IMG/VR virus record: IMGVR_UViG_3300046616_000314
Location: 124,001 to 188,000 of that record
DNA: 64,000 nt
Reading direction: 5' to 3' (one strand)
In this document: positions 35,640 through 45,432 of the stretch, in pieces
How positions within the stretch are numbered: position 1 is the stretch's first letter
Layout of the letters: the number at the start of each line of letters is the position of its first letter
Position numbers and translations under genes: made by a program
Notes under the pieces: model-generated
Database searches by the model: none
What the model was told of the DNA's origin: nothing
The model's input: the letters and a program-made list of their open reading frames with translations, nothing else

Positions 35640-36121
35640 TGCGCAGGCTCGCCATCCTGGCGTGTCTCGCGCTGGCGGCTTGCGACAGCGGCACGTTCAA
35701 AGAATCGGATCACTCGACGCAGGCTTTTGACATCGTTGTCTATAAGCCCGTCGAGAATCCGATCAACTATAACGTCTCTATGTTGGACGTGGGTGTTCAA
35801 GAGCCGATTGCTACGGCGTTGCCTCTTCAATTCGAGAACACTGTTCCGGTTGCCCCACAACCCGTTGAACAAATTCCTCAAGTTCGTGATAACGCTCCAT
35901 TGCCGCCGAGGATTATTCATCCTCCGGTGGTGGATACGAATGAATATAACTATCCCGAAGATCAAGATGAAATTGATAGACAGGATGGTATTAATTGGGC
36001 TAAACGTATGCAAATCCTAGACTTCCAAGTGTGTAGCGGAGCAAGAAGCTTAGCCTACGCGAAAGGTTGTGTTGGACAGGCGCAACGCAATCGCCAGGAA
36101 TACGACGAACGAGGATACTAA
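35639..36121 (+). CDS. putative lipoprotein
   Basis: MRRLAILACLALAAC lipobox. Confidence 0.7.
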   Translation: MRRLAILACLALAACDSGTFKESDHSTQAFDIVVYKPVENPINYNVSMLDVGVQEPIATALPLQFENTVPVAPQPVEQIPQVRDNAPLPPRIIHPPVVDTNEYNYPEDQDEIDRQDGINWAKRMQILDFQVCSGARSLAYAKGCVGQAQRNRQEYDERGY

Positions 36122-37474
36122 ATGATTCGACTGCACAATTCGTTGTCACGGAAGTTGGAAGACTTCAAGCCGATTGATTCTAATCGGGTGACGATGTACG
36201 TGTGTGGTGCGACCGTTTATGACACCCCTCACCTGGGTAACGCCCGTCCTGCTGTTGTGTTCGACGTGCTGTTCCGGCTGTTGCAACACGCCTATCCCTT
36301 GGTTGAGTATGCGCGAAACTTCACTGACGTTGATGACAAGATCATCGCCCGGTCGAACGAATCCGGCGAACCCATCAATGAACTGACTGAACGGGTCATC
36401 CGCGAGTATCACGCCAGCATGGATGCGCTGGGCGTGGCGCGACCGACTTATGAGCCGCGCGTGACGGGCAACATGGCTCCGATCAAGGGCATGATCTCTG
36501 AACTGATTATGTCGGGGCACGCCTATGTCTCTGAAGGTCATGCACTATTCGACGTGAAATCATTCCCGTTGCATGGATCATTGAGCGGACATCTTCAAGA
36601 AAACTTGGATGTTGGACACCGCGTGGCTGTTGCCGACTATAAGCGCGATCCGGCGGATTTCGTTTTGTGGAAGCCTGCCAAGGAAGGCGAGCCCGCTTGG
36701 GACTTCCCTTCGGTTAGTTCGGGTCGCCCTGGCTGGCACATTGAATGCTCCGCGATGATCAAAAATGTTTTCGCGGACAACACCATTGATATTCATGGCG
36801 GCGGCGCGGACCTTCGGTTCCCGCATCACGAATGCGAAATGTCACAGAGCCATGCGGCGAATGGTCATCATTTAGCTAACTACTGGCTGCACAATGCCAT
36901 GGTTACGCTTGGTGGAAGCAAGATGCAAAAGACGGGTAGTCATATGATTACTGTCGATCAAATTTTGCGAAACAATGATGGGGCTTCAGTTCGCTTTGCA
37001 TTGCTGTCAAGCCATTATCGGTCGCCTCTGGATTGGTCGCCAGAACTACTCGAAAACAGCCATGGGACGCTTGCTAAGTGGCATAAGCTACTTTCGGCGA
37101 GCGATGCTCCTGCGGAGGCTAACAACGTCTCTACGGCGATCCTGAAGCCTCTGTATACCGATCTGAACGTCCCTGGCGCGGTGGGTGCAATCCATAACGC
37201 GCTGGCGACTGTCACGGATACGGTTGCCGCCGGGGTTCGCTATGCTGCTTCGGTCATGGGCTTCGATCTCAGTCAGGAAGCCAACCTAGCGTTCTTGAAG
37301 GAACCGGAGTTGGAGCCGCAATTGGTTCTGGAAATCGAGCGTTTGCTAGGCGAACGGGCTGTTGCCAGACAAAATAAAAATTTTGCGGAATCGGATCGGG
37401 TTCGCGAACTGATCGCCAACATGGGGGTCGTTGTGGAAGACGGTCCCGAAGGCACGACGTGGAAAGTCAAATGA
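36122..37474 (+). CDS. cysS: cysteinyl-tRNA synthetase
   Basis: YVCG.TVYD..HLGNAR, NFTDVDDKII, DF.LWK, GRPGWHIECSAM, DIHGGG.DL.FPHHE, KMQKT (KMSKS variant), C-terminal anticodon-binding domain. Confidence 0.95.
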   Translation: MIRLHNSLSRKLEDFKPIDSNRVTMYVCGATVYDTPHLGNARPAVVFDVLFRLLQHAYPLVEYARNFTDVDDKIIARSNESGEPINELTERVIREYHASMDALGVARPTYEPRVTGNMAPIKGMISELIMSGHAYVSEGHALFDVKSFPLHGSLSGHLQENLDVGHRVAVADYKRDPADFVLWKPAKEGEPAWDFPSVSSGRPGWHIECSAMIKNVFADNTIDIHGGGADLRFPHHECEMSQSHAANGHHLANYWLHNAMVTLGGSKMQKTGSHMITVDQILRNNDGASVRFALLSSHYRSPLDWSPELLENSHGTLAKWHKLLSASDAPAEANNVSTAILKPLYTDLNVPGAVGAIHNALATVTDTVAAGVRYAASVMGFDLSQEANLAFLKEPELEPQLVLEIERLLGERAVARQNKNFAESDRVRELIANMGVVVEDGPEGTTWKVK

Positions 37475-37674
37475 CTTTCCGGCGGATAGTGTTTCAAGAC
37501 GTTTGCGTGGTCGAGAGCGACGATGGCAAGCAAGCCAAGATCGCCGAATTTGGGCGAGAAGACTTGCCGGTCTTTGTTCGTTTTCAAAGCTGGGACACAA
37601 CCAAAGAACACGAAATCATGTCGTTGTTTGAAGGCAAGACAGTTCGTGTTACGGTGGAAGTTATAGATGACTGA
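37471..37674 (+). CDS. hypothetical protein
   Basis: ATGA-coupled to cysS. Confidence 0.6.
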   Translation: MTFRRIVFQDVCVVESDDGKQAKIAEFGREDLPVFVRFQSWDTTKEHEIMSLFEGKTVRVTVEVIDD

Positions 37675-38044
37675 TCTGATTGCACAATTTGATTACGGTG
37701 ATGAGCGCGTCGAACTTCGCCATCATGTTAATGCAAACAATTGGGTTGTTCAGCGCAGCACTTTTAATAGCGCGACCGACTTCACCATTCTTCTAATGAT
37801 TTCGGTGAAATCTAAGGACGAAGGTGAAAAGAACTTTCAAAATTTAGTCCAAGAAATTATCCAGGGTCCTTTGACCATAAAAAACCGGACTCTATTGGAT
37901 GAGATACAGGTTCATAAAATTTTGAAAGACCCGTTTGCCGTTCGTATCAATATGATGCGAGGGTCTATTGCGGCGCCGTCAGTTGAGACCATGATGGACA
38001 TCCACGGCGAGCGCGGGCAATGGTCGCGTGACGGTTATGATTGA
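37667..38044 (+). CDS. hypothetical protein
   Basis: Coupled ORF. Confidence 0.55.
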   Translation: MTDLIAQFDYGDERVELRHHVNANNWVVQRSTFNSATDFTILLMISVKSKDEGEKNFQNLVQEIIQGPLTIKNRTLLDEIQVHKILKDPFAVRINMMRGSIAAPSVETMMDIHGERGQWSRDGYD

Positions 38045-38336
38045 TGACATTCCAGAGTTTGGACCGGTTGAGCAATATTACTGTCGTAATGGGGCGCGAT
38101 TGTCGATTGCACTGATGCCCGAATTAGATTTCGACATGATCGCCCAAGGTAAGAGCCGATGGTTGGACAACTATGAGCTTGCGATCATCTACCCGAACGA
38201 TGAGATCGCGCCGTTGATTCGGGACCGGGACATAGAATTTCTAAGAACTTATACGAAAACCATCATCGAAGAAAATGGTGGGCTTTGTCCGCATCGTGGA
38301 AAAGTTATTTTTGTAAAAGTTGTTGTTAAAAAATAA
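38028..38336 (+). CDS. hypothetical protein
   Basis: Coupled ORF ending at the terminator. Confidence 0.55.
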   Translation: MTVMIDDIPEFGPVEQYYCRNGARLSIALMPELDFDMIAQGKSRWLDNYELAIIYPNDEIAPLIRDRDIEFLRTYTKTIIEENGGLCPHRGKVIFVKVVVKK

Positions 38337-38362
38337 AGGGGAGCACTGGGCTCCCCTTTTTT
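38335..38362. terminator. bidirectional intrinsic terminator
   Basis: AAAGGGGAGC-ACTGG-GCTCCCCTTTTTT between convergent genes. Confidence 0.8.
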
Positions 38363-38363
38363 C

Positions 38364-39209
38364 TTAGCCGTCTGATCGCTTGTAGCGATATTCCAGCATT
38401 TTGGCGAAGTCGCCTTGGTATTGGTAGCTCCCAAGGTGGCTTAGCTTCGAGTCTGCATCACAGAAAACCTTGCCGCCGATTTGCTGCCACAAACGACAGA
38501 AAGCATAGTCTTCCGAAAGATAACGACCTTCTTCGTCAATAAACGTGTCGAAGAAATTGTAATAGTAATCGTTGATCTTACCAGCCAGCTTTTCCAAGCC
38601 AACTTGGTGATCGGGCTTGTACTTCAGCTTGGGATAATTCTTGATCATCTTTTCAAAGACGGGTCGCTGAATCATCATCAAGCCGGTAGGGGCGTCCTTA
38701 ACTTCAACGAAGCCATTGGTGACTTGGAAAGACGTGCCAATGGGATTGAAGGGGTAGCCCGTGTACTTCCCAATAAATTCTTCCTTTGTCATTTCTGCCG
38801 GAAGGACATCGGGGAATTGCAGAGCCTTCAGTGGATAGACACCAGCGGCAATCTCGTAGTTGCTTTGCAGCAAGCGATAGACTGCCTCTGGCTTGAAACC
38901 GATGTCGGCGTCAATCCACAGAAGGTGGGTGTATTGTTCATTCGACAGGAATTCGGCGACGATTGAGTTACGCGAGCGCGTAATCAACGAATCACCGCCA
39001 CGGACGATGAACGAAAGATCGACATCACCACGCTTTTGCACGGTGAAGATCAGTTGAATAATGCTCAAGAAATAATTCTGGAACACCTGACCGCCGTAAC
39101 AAGGCGTAGCAATGCAGATATGTGGCTTAGTTGGAGCCGGGGGAGTTGCCACAGCCGGGGGCAGAACCGGGGTAGTGGCAGTTGGATTTAAGTTGATTTC
39201 TTCACTCAT
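38364..39209 (-). CDS. glycosyltransferase (GT-A, phage type)
   Basis: IATPCYGG, THLLWIDADI, TGLMMI.R.VF, LSEDYAFCR, LSHLG. Confidence 0.8.
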   Translation of the reverse strand: MSEEINLNPTATTPVLPPAVATPPAPTKPHICIATPCYGGQVFQNYFLSIIQLIFTVQKRGDVDLSFIVRGGDSLITRSRNSIVAEFLSNEQYTHLLWIDADIGFKPEAVYRLLQSNYEIAAGVYPLKALQFPDVLPAEMTKEEFIGKYTGYPFNPIGTSFQVTNGFVEVKDAPTGLMMIQRPVFEKMIKNYPKLKYKPDHQVGLEKLAGKINDYYYNFFDTFIDEEGRYLSEDYAFCRLWQQIGGKVFCDADSKLSHLGSYQYQGDFAKMLEYRYKRSDG

Positions 39210-39280
39210 GAATGATTTACCAAAGCTAATAAGTTAATATTAACCTAGTCGTAGAGTAAAAATCAATATAAATCGTAATA

Positions 39281-39308
39281 AAAAAGGGGAGCACGAGGCT
39301 CCCCTTTT
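39281..39308 (-). terminator. intrinsic terminator
   Basis: AAAAAGGGGAGC-ACGAG-GCTCCCCTTTT. Confidence 0.75.
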
Positions 39309-39329
39309 CCAATATTATCTTAGCTAAGC

Positions 39330-39686
39330 TTAGATTGAAGCGATGCGTGCGTGACCAGCTTCGGTGGTTGCACCGAGTGTCCATGCGTACGAGCCGCCTT
39401 CGATAGTAGTAGCGCGCTTGGAAAGCAACTTCTTGACGTGTTGGGCAGTGCCCGACTCTACGCCGTTAACAACCGGGAAAATATCGATAACCAATTCACC
39501 AGCAACCGGATTGCCAGCCTTGGCGAGTTTGCAGACGTATTGTGTAACGCCGTCGCTCGAAACGATAAATTTGTAGATGCTCAATTGCTTAACGATATAA
39601 CCGTAACCAATAGATGTGCCATTGTGAAAGCGAATCTTGATTTTACCGGCTTCATTACCGAAATCAACATTTGAAACTGGATGCAT
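39330..39686 (-). CDS. putative small virion protein
   Basis: TATAAATA at 39719-39726, GAGGGAG RBS, beta-rich sequence. Confidence 0.6.
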   Translation of the reverse strand: MHPVSNVDFGNEAGKIKIRFHNGTSIGYGYIVKQLSIYKFIVSSDGVTQYVCKLAKAGNPVAGELVIDIFPVVNGVESGTAQHVKKLLSKRATTIEGGSYAWTLGATTEAGHARIASI

Positions 39687-39766
39687 AGTTTTCTCCCTCG
39701 AATCCGAGATTTATTAACTATTTATACGCATGTTGACATTTTAACATATACAGATATAACTCGTGT

Positions 39767-40096
39767 ATGACCTATCCCTATATGAAAGATTGCCCCGATT
39801 ATAGTCGGGAAGACTTGGAACGAATGACGGACGGTTGCTTGCCCAACTATCACGTCGTTCAGGTCTTGAAGCAACATATTCGAAGCTATCGCGAAGGGGC
39901 GTTGTCGTCGTTCACCCTGCGCGAAGATGTCGCGGAGTGGGTCATGAAGCAACAGGGCTACAATACGATTTGTACATCGGTGTTTGGCTGGAATTCAAAA
40001 TACCCGGATGAACGGTATGCCGTGCCGCTCTTGCTGTTCGATAGCAAGGAACACGCCGCCGCATATCAAGTGTTCTGGAACTGGGGGCGCAAATGA
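39767..40096 (+). CDS. FxxEEDA-FKLKW family small protein
   Basis: LFDSKEHAAAYQVFW; TTGACA promoter upstream. Confidence 0.68.
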   Translation: MTYPYMKDCPDYSREDLERMTDGCLPNYHVVQVLKQHIRSYREGALSSFTLREDVAEWVMKQQGYNTICTSVFGWNSKYPDERYAVPLLLFDSKEHAAAYQVFWNWGRK

Positions 40097-40458
40097 GCCA
40101 TTTCCAATTCAAAATTTTTACTCTGATCGACCACGGTGAGAACGACTACGAGCAATGCCCGCTCTTACTTGAACACACCATGCAAAAATATTATCCTTTC
40201 GCGGTGAAAGTTTCGGCGGATCAGTTTTATAACAATCTGCGGCGTATCTATTGGTACGACGAAATCAAGAATCCGTGGGCGTGTGGCGTGATCGGCGAAG
40301 AAGCGGGTCCGTACTTCACATTCTATCCCTACGAAGCCCGGTCTCCAAATCATCCCAAGCCGCCGACGTTTGGCTTGGCTCGATCCGAAATCTATGCTGG
40401 CTATTTTCTTTTTGAGAACCAAGAAGATGCTGCCCTTGCTCAAATGTATATGGTGTAG
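40093..40458 (+). CDS. FxxEEDA-FKLKW family small protein
   Basis: GYFLFENQEDAALAQM. Confidence 0.7.
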   Translation: MSHFQFKIFTLIDHGENDYEQCPLLLEHTMQKYYPFAVKVSADQFYNNLRRIYWYDEIKNPWACGVIGEEAGPYFTFYPYEARSPNHPKPPTFGLARSEIYAGYFLFENQEDAALAQMYMV

Positions 40459-40460
40459 TC

Positions 40461-40796
40461 ATGAGCTTTAGAAAAGTAGATCATGTCTTGATGGATACTG
40501 AGCACTTCATGTGCGAGTATATTGAAGGGCTGTTGCTGGCTCGTTATAAGCACATGATCAAAATTTCTACTGAGCAATACGCTGCGAACATCGAGAAAAT
40601 TTTCGAAAAACAAATGAATGACTATTGGACGGCGGGTGTCATTCGCGTGGACTCTAGCTTTAGGTCCAACGTATATCGATTTGCCCAATACGACAATTCG
40701 GACTCGCGCCCGAATCCCCACAAGGATGCAGTTCACGGCTATTTTCTCTTCAAAAATGAAGAGGATGCGGCATTTACCAGAATGATGCTCACGTGA
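40461..40796 (+). CDS. FxxEEDA-FKLKW family small protein (paralog of 40093-40458)
   Basis: GYFLFKNEEDAAFTRM. Confidence 0.7.
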   Translation: MSFRKVDHVLMDTEHFMCEYIEGLLLARYKHMIKISTEQYAANIEKIFEKQMNDYWTAGVIRVDSSFRSNVYRFAQYDNSDSRPNPHKDAVHGYFLFKNEEDAAFTRMMLT

Positions 40797-41053
40797 TTTA
40801 CGATATCTACAAAAATTGGCATACGTTTATAGTGCCGGATCATTTGTATGTTCAGAATGACAAATACCAGGGTCATGCGGCGGTGCCGACTGAATTTTTC
40901 AGTGAATGGTTGGCTCAAAACGTCAGGTACCCATATCGATTTGAACAAATTCCGCGAACGTGGGAGGGCTATGGTATGACGCTCCACAATTATCTCAAAA
41001 TACACTTTCGCAGCAAAGAAGATGCGGTAGTCTTCCAAATGAAATTCACTTGA
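40793..41053 (+). CDS. FxxEEDA-FKLKW family small protein
   Basis: HFRSKEDAVVFQMKF. Confidence 0.72.
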   Translation: MIYDIYKNWHTFIVPDHLYVQNDKYQGHAAVPTEFFSEWLAQNVRYPYRFEQIPRTWEGYGMTLHNYLKIHFRSKEDAVVFQMKFT

Positions 41054-41111
41054 CGAAAATTTAGAATCGGCTATATTGGCGTCAGAACCAAGATAAAGGA
41101 CATGACACTAT

Positions 41112-42299
41112 ATGGCTGATTTTTCCGTTGAAGTGGTGCGGATCGCTGCACCCGTTACCGATCACCCGAACGCTGACCGCCTGTCGCTGATTCAAATCGG
41201 CGGCTACCTCTGCATTTCCGCCAAGCTGGACGACGGCTCGCATCGCTACGAAGAAGGCGATCTGGTCGTCTACGTTCCCGAAGCGTCGGTGGTTCCTGAG
41301 TACATCCTGAAGCCGGGCTTCTGGGATGAAGCCAAGGGCAAGGGCATCCTGGCGGGGTCGAAGGGCGACCGCGTTAAGGCGAAGCGTCTGCGCGACATTT
41401 TCTCGCAAGGCATTCTGCTGGCTGTCGAATTCGACATGGGGGCTCCGACTGTTGGCGACGATGGTTCGCTTGATCTGACTCCGCACTTCTACATCACCAA
41501 CGAAGCTGGTGAGCGACTGAAGGTGGAAGCCGGTGATAACGTCGCCGAATTCCTGGGCATCACCAAGTACGAGCCGCCGGTTCCGGCGTGCCTCGCGGGT
41601 GAAGTCTGCAACATCTTCGGCAAGACCGCCAAGTATGATTTCGAAAGCATTCAACGGGTCACTGACCTGTTCGAAATCGGCGAAGATGTCATCGCCACCG
41701 AAAAGATTCACGGCACGAACAGCCAGATCGGCTACGTTCCGGGTCTGAACCATGAAGAACTGTTCTTCGACGGCAACCTGTACATCGGTTCGAAGGGTCT
41801 TTCGGCTCAAGGTCTGGTGATGAAGAACAACGAAAAGAACAAGACGAATACCTACGTCCTGGCTCTGACGAACCTTCTGGATCAAGGCTTCGGCGACAAG
41901 ATCAAGGTGATTTCGGATCGTTTCGACGGCGCCGTTGTTCGCGTCTTCAGCGAAATCTACGGCAAGGGCATTCAAGACCTGTCGTACGGTACGGACAAGC
42001 CGACCATCGCGGCGTTCGACATTCAAATCAACGGCGAATACGTCGCCTACGATCTGATGGTTGAACTGGCGACGGAACTGGGCATCGCCGTGGTTCCGAC
42101 GCTGTACGAAGGTCCCTACGACCTTGAAGCTCTGATCGTCCATCGGGACGGCATTGACACGATTTCGCAAACCAACGTGCGCGAAGGCATCGTGATCAAG
42201 GCGCGGAACGGCGGTCGTCACGTCCACCACGGTCGTAAGATCGGTAAGTGGGTGAGCCCGGCGTATCTGGAACGCAAGAACGCCACCGAACACAACTAA
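41112..42299 (+). CDS. ATP-dependent RNA ligase, DRB0094/Rnl2-like
   Basis: N-terminal HPNADRLS domain; motif I TEKIHGTN, SEIYG.GIQ, FDI, REGIVIK. Confidence 0.9.
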   Translation: MADFSVEVVRIAAPVTDHPNADRLSLIQIGGYLCISAKLDDGSHRYEEGDLVVYVPEASVVPEYILKPGFWDEAKGKGILAGSKGDRVKAKRLRDIFSQGILLAVEFDMGAPTVGDDGSLDLTPHFYITNEAGERLKVEAGDNVAEFLGITKYEPPVPACLAGEVCNIFGKTAKYDFESIQRVTDLFEIGEDVIATEKIHGTNSQIGYVPGLNHEELFFDGNLYIGSKGLSAQGLVMKNNEKNKTNTYVLALTNLLDQGFGDKIKVISDRFDGAVVRVFSEIYGKGIQDLSYGTDKPTIAAFDIQINGEYVAYDLMVELATELGIAVVPTLYEGPYDLEALIVHRDGIDTISQTNVREGIVIKARNGGRHVHHGRKIGKWVSPAYLERKNATEHN

Positions 42300-42304
42300 G
42301 ACTA

Positions 42305-42336
42305 TCCCGCCCTCGAAAGGGGGCGGGAATTTGTTT
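42305..42336 (+). terminator. intrinsic terminator
   Basis: TCCCGCCCTC-GAAA-GGGGGCGGGA followed by a T-rich tail. Confidence 0.7.
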
Positions 42337-42347
42337 AAGGATTTCCC

Positions 42348-43823
42348 ATGTCTGCTAGCGACCTTCACAAGCAAATCATTGTTGATCTGATCAAGAATGA
42401 CCCGTCCATTACTGCGCATGAATATGCGTTCAAGTACAGGACCAACACGTTCGTCGGAACAATCGAAATGTTCCGCGCTGAAGTGGCGAAGGAAACCCAA
42501 TCTAGCAGCGGTAAGCCGAAGCTGTCGCGCGTGTGGAAGAAGTCACAACCGGATGGCACGATTATCCGGGGTTATAGCAATCCCGTCTTTTGGCGTACGT
42601 TCTTTGTCACGGTCGAAGACGTGACGGGGAAGATCAGCCGCGTGGATATCTATGAAAAAGAATTCACGACTACGATCCCCGACTTGACCCTGCGGATTAT
42701 GACGTTTGCGTTGACGGATGCGGTCATTGCCACGGGCGAAACTGCTGTCGAGAAAATCGCAGAATCCAAGGTCAAAGAACTTGATGTTCTTCCTCTTAAG
42801 GAAACCCCTCGCGGGTTGGTGATCGACTACAAGTCGTTTGCTGAAATGTTCGAAAAGCAAGAACAGCGCGGTAAGCTCAAAAAACTAAAGAACGATCTCG
42901 AAAACTCGCGGCGGATGGCTAGCTATCTAGACGCTGCTGTCGCGGCTGCTGGATTTAAGTTCGAACACCCTGGCATTCGCAAAAATTCTACAGATTTCTT
43001 GGGAATCGTCACGCACTCTGACATTGTGTTCCGGGTGTATATCGCGGATCAAATGGACCGCGAACGTTTGCCATTTTTGTATGTCGATATTCACGATGCT
43101 GGATATTGCAATAGCTCGCAATTCTGCGGCATTCTGTATTTCGATGACGACACTGACGAGAAAATTGTAAATGATTTCTTCCTGGCATGTGCTGGGGAAG
43201 TCCCCACGGTTCTCGCCGGAAAAGAGATCAATCGCGCGCTCCTGCATCCATTCGCCGGTAAATCCGACAAGCGGACCAAGCCGATTGTGCAGGCTCCGAA
43301 GGAACCCAAGGCGACGAAATCAAAGGCTCCGGTGAAGAAAGCTGAACCTCGCGTTCAAGTTCTTCTCGCGGCGATCTCGTCTGACAAATACGTTTTTGAG
43401 CAAGACTACGCTCAATCGGCTTGGTTTGGTGGTTCCCTCCGGTCTCCGAACGCGGGCATCCATGCCAAGGAATGCATCGCGGAACTGGCGCGCTCCAACG
43501 GCGCCGTAAAAGAAAATATGTTTCCTCTGATTTGGGAACGCACTGAAGCCGATGGCTCCAAGAGCTTCGGGTACGCAGGAACGCTCCCGCGCTTGTTCTA
43601 CGTCGTACGGGAAACACAAGATGTTGTTACACGCATCGAAGTGTGGACGCATGATTTTACGTTCACCGATGTTGGGCAAGATTTGACTGTCAAGGGTGAT
43701 CCCAAGCACCTGATGCATTTCTATGCGGTCAAGGTGGTGGATGGTAAGTACGTCGTCACCCCGCCGCCGGTCGCACATTGGGATCGTTCGTTCTTCCGCC
43801 AAAATTTTAGGGAGATTGCGTAA
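42348..43823 (+). CDS. hypothetical protein with repeated W....DG module
   Basis: 491 aa; C-terminal domain paralogous to the next ORF. Confidence 0.7.
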   Translation: MSASDLHKQIIVDLIKNDPSITAHEYAFKYRTNTFVGTIEMFRAEVAKETQSSSGKPKLSRVWKKSQPDGTIIRGYSNPVFWRTFFVTVEDVTGKISRVDIYEKEFTTTIPDLTLRIMTFALTDAVIATGETAVEKIAESKVKELDVLPLKETPRGLVIDYKSFAEMFEKQEQRGKLKKLKNDLENSRRMASYLDAAVAAAGFKFEHPGIRKNSTDFLGIVTHSDIVFRVYIADQMDRERLPFLYVDIHDAGYCNSSQFCGILYFDDDTDEKIVNDFFLACAGEVPTVLAGKEINRALLHPFAGKSDKRTKPIVQAPKEPKATKSKAPVKKAEPRVQVLLAAISSDKYVFEQDYAQSAWFGGSLRSPNAGIHAKECIAELARSNGAVKENMFPLIWERTEADGSKSFGYAGTLPRLFYVVRETQDVVTRIEVWTHDFTFTDVGQDLTVKGDPKHLMHFYAVKVVDGKYVVTPPPVAHWDRSFFRQNFREIA

Positions 43824-44374
43824 TGGCTAGAATTCCCGAAGACGTGAGCGACAGCAATTTCTTCAAGCAATTGCTTCTCGACGCTTTCAAGTCGGATGAT
43901 TATATTTTTCATCAAGGCAGGGAAGTCAATCTAGACTATGATCGCCGGGGGCATGGACGGATCATTGATCCAAATATGACCGTGGAAGAATACAAAGCGT
44001 TGAAGCTTAAGCGTCTGCAAAAACGCAACGGTGGTTTTCTTCCGAAAGAATGGTATCGAGTTTGGAAGCGTAAGGAAGCTGATGGCTCTATTACGCGCGC
44101 TTTCCGTGCCTATGTGCTTACGGGAACCTATACCGTAAACGAACGCGACGGGGAATTCGATCAGATTAACGTCTGGTGTAAGGATTTCACGTCCAGCGGC
44201 GGTTGTCCTGGGGATGCTTGGTACCAACCAAAAGACGATCCCAAGCGTCAGCCGCAACCGCAATGGTTGATGCATCACTACAAAGTGGTGCAACTGTCGA
44301 ACGGTATTTACGCCTTTACTTCGCCGTCATTCGACCGCTCATTCTTTCATGCCGAATATTATCTGGTGCCATGA
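43823..44374 (+). CDS. hypothetical protein, paralog of C-terminus of previous ORF
   Basis: VW.KDFT, LMH.Y.V, DRSFF shared. Confidence 0.7.
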   Translation: MARIPEDVSDSNFFKQLLLDAFKSDDYIFHQGREVNLDYDRRGHGRIIDPNMTVEEYKALKLKRLQKRNGGFLPKEWYRVWKRKEADGSITRAFRAYVLTGTYTVNERDGEFDQINVWCKDFTSSGGCPGDAWYQPKDDPKRQPQPQWLMHHYKVVQLSNGIYAFTSPSFDRSFFHAEYYLVP

Positions 44375-44856
44375 TGATCGAAGACGAACAAAAGGGTTAT
44401 GTCCTTTGGCAGGACCCCACGAACGACAAAAATTATCTGTCGTTCCGCAATGGCATCATGACAGCGGTCCACGATGGCATTAGCGGTATGTCATCTGCGG
44501 ATGAAGTGTGGATTAACCTAACGTCCACGGAACTGGTTCCGTATGAAGTGCAGGTTCCGCCGAAGTTCCTCCAATCCAAGACCAATCCTCGTCCCGACTT
44601 TATGCCCAAGGATGTCAAGGCATTGATGGACGAAATTGTTGGGTCGGAAAGCACGGCTCATAATTTCGGTTGGGATGGTGACTTCTTTTATACGTGGCGC
44701 CGTCAATTTCGTGCCCGTGACCGGCAACGTATGAAGGTCGAAGAACTTTATACCCTGCTGGACGGCTATAACATTGATCGCGGTTGCATCATTCGCGCGC
44801 GAACGGGCGTCATCGAAGTTAGCGTTCACCTGATGGTAGAAAAACACAGGAAATAA
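44371..44856 (+). CDS. hypothetical protein
   Basis: ATGA-coupled ORF. Confidence 0.6.
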   Translation: MMIEDEQKGYVLWQDPTNDKNYLSFRNGIMTAVHDGISGMSSADEVWINLTSTELVPYEVQVPPKFLQSKTNPRPDFMPKDVKALMDEIVGSESTAHNFGWDGDFFYTWRRQFRARDRQRMKVEELYTLLDGYNIDRGCIIRARTGVIEVSVHLMVEKHRK

Positions 44857-44875
44857 CAACCACTTACATCATTAC

Positions 44876-44915
44876 GAAAAGCCCTCGGAAAAATTTTCGT
44901 TCCGGGGGCTTTTTC
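44876..44915. terminator. intrinsic terminator
   Basis: GAAAAGCCCTCGGAA...TTCCGGGGGCTTTTTC. Confidence 0.75.
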
Positions 44916-44997
44916 AATTTGTAAACCACGTTTCGGTGTGCTTATATGGGTCATCAAGTGGTTAACAGATTTTTCACCACATTTTTGAAAGTCATAA

Positions 44998-45432
44998 ATG
45001 AGTTGGGATGCCAGATGGCTCTCACAAGCGGAACACTCTGCAAGTTGGAGCAAAGATCGAAGCCGACACGTCGGCGCGGTCATCGTGAGAGGCGATATTG
45101 ATATTTCGAAAGGCTGGAATGGTTTTCCACGCAAGATTAACGACGAAGTTGACGAAAGACACGAACGTCCGCTGAAATATCTTTGGACGGAACACGCCGA
45201 AAGAAACGCAATCTATAACGCTGCAAAGCATGGTTTCGCGACTGACGGTTGTAGAATTTATCAGACTTTATATCCCTGCGCACATTGCGCCCGAGCCATT
45301 ATTCAATCGGGCATAATCGAAGTCATCACAACCGAACCGGATTGGAATGACCCGACCTATGCCGAAGAATTTAAAGTAACTAAACAGATGCTCGCGGAAG
45401 CATCAGTAAGTGTAAGGTTTTTAGATTTATGA
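44998..45432 (+). CDS. dCMP deaminase
   Basis: SKD...VGAVIV, G.NG.P, HAERNAI, PCAHC zinc motifs. Confidence 0.9.
   Translation: MSWDARWLSQAEHSASWSKDRSRHVGAVIVRGDIDISKGWNGFPRKINDEVDERHERPLKYLWTEHAERNAIYNAAKHGFATDGCRIYQTLYPCAHCARAIIQSGIIEVITTEPDWNDPTYAEEFKVTKQMLAEASVSVRFLDL

Noticed and set aside
36122-37474. CysRS as an MshC-like ligase
   Set aside because: The C-terminal anticodon-binding domain (AR..KNF..SD..R...GV..ED...T.W) is present.
41082-42500. 472-aa minus-strand ORF
   Set aside because: Antisense shadow of the codon-biased RNA ligase gene; no recognisable motifs.
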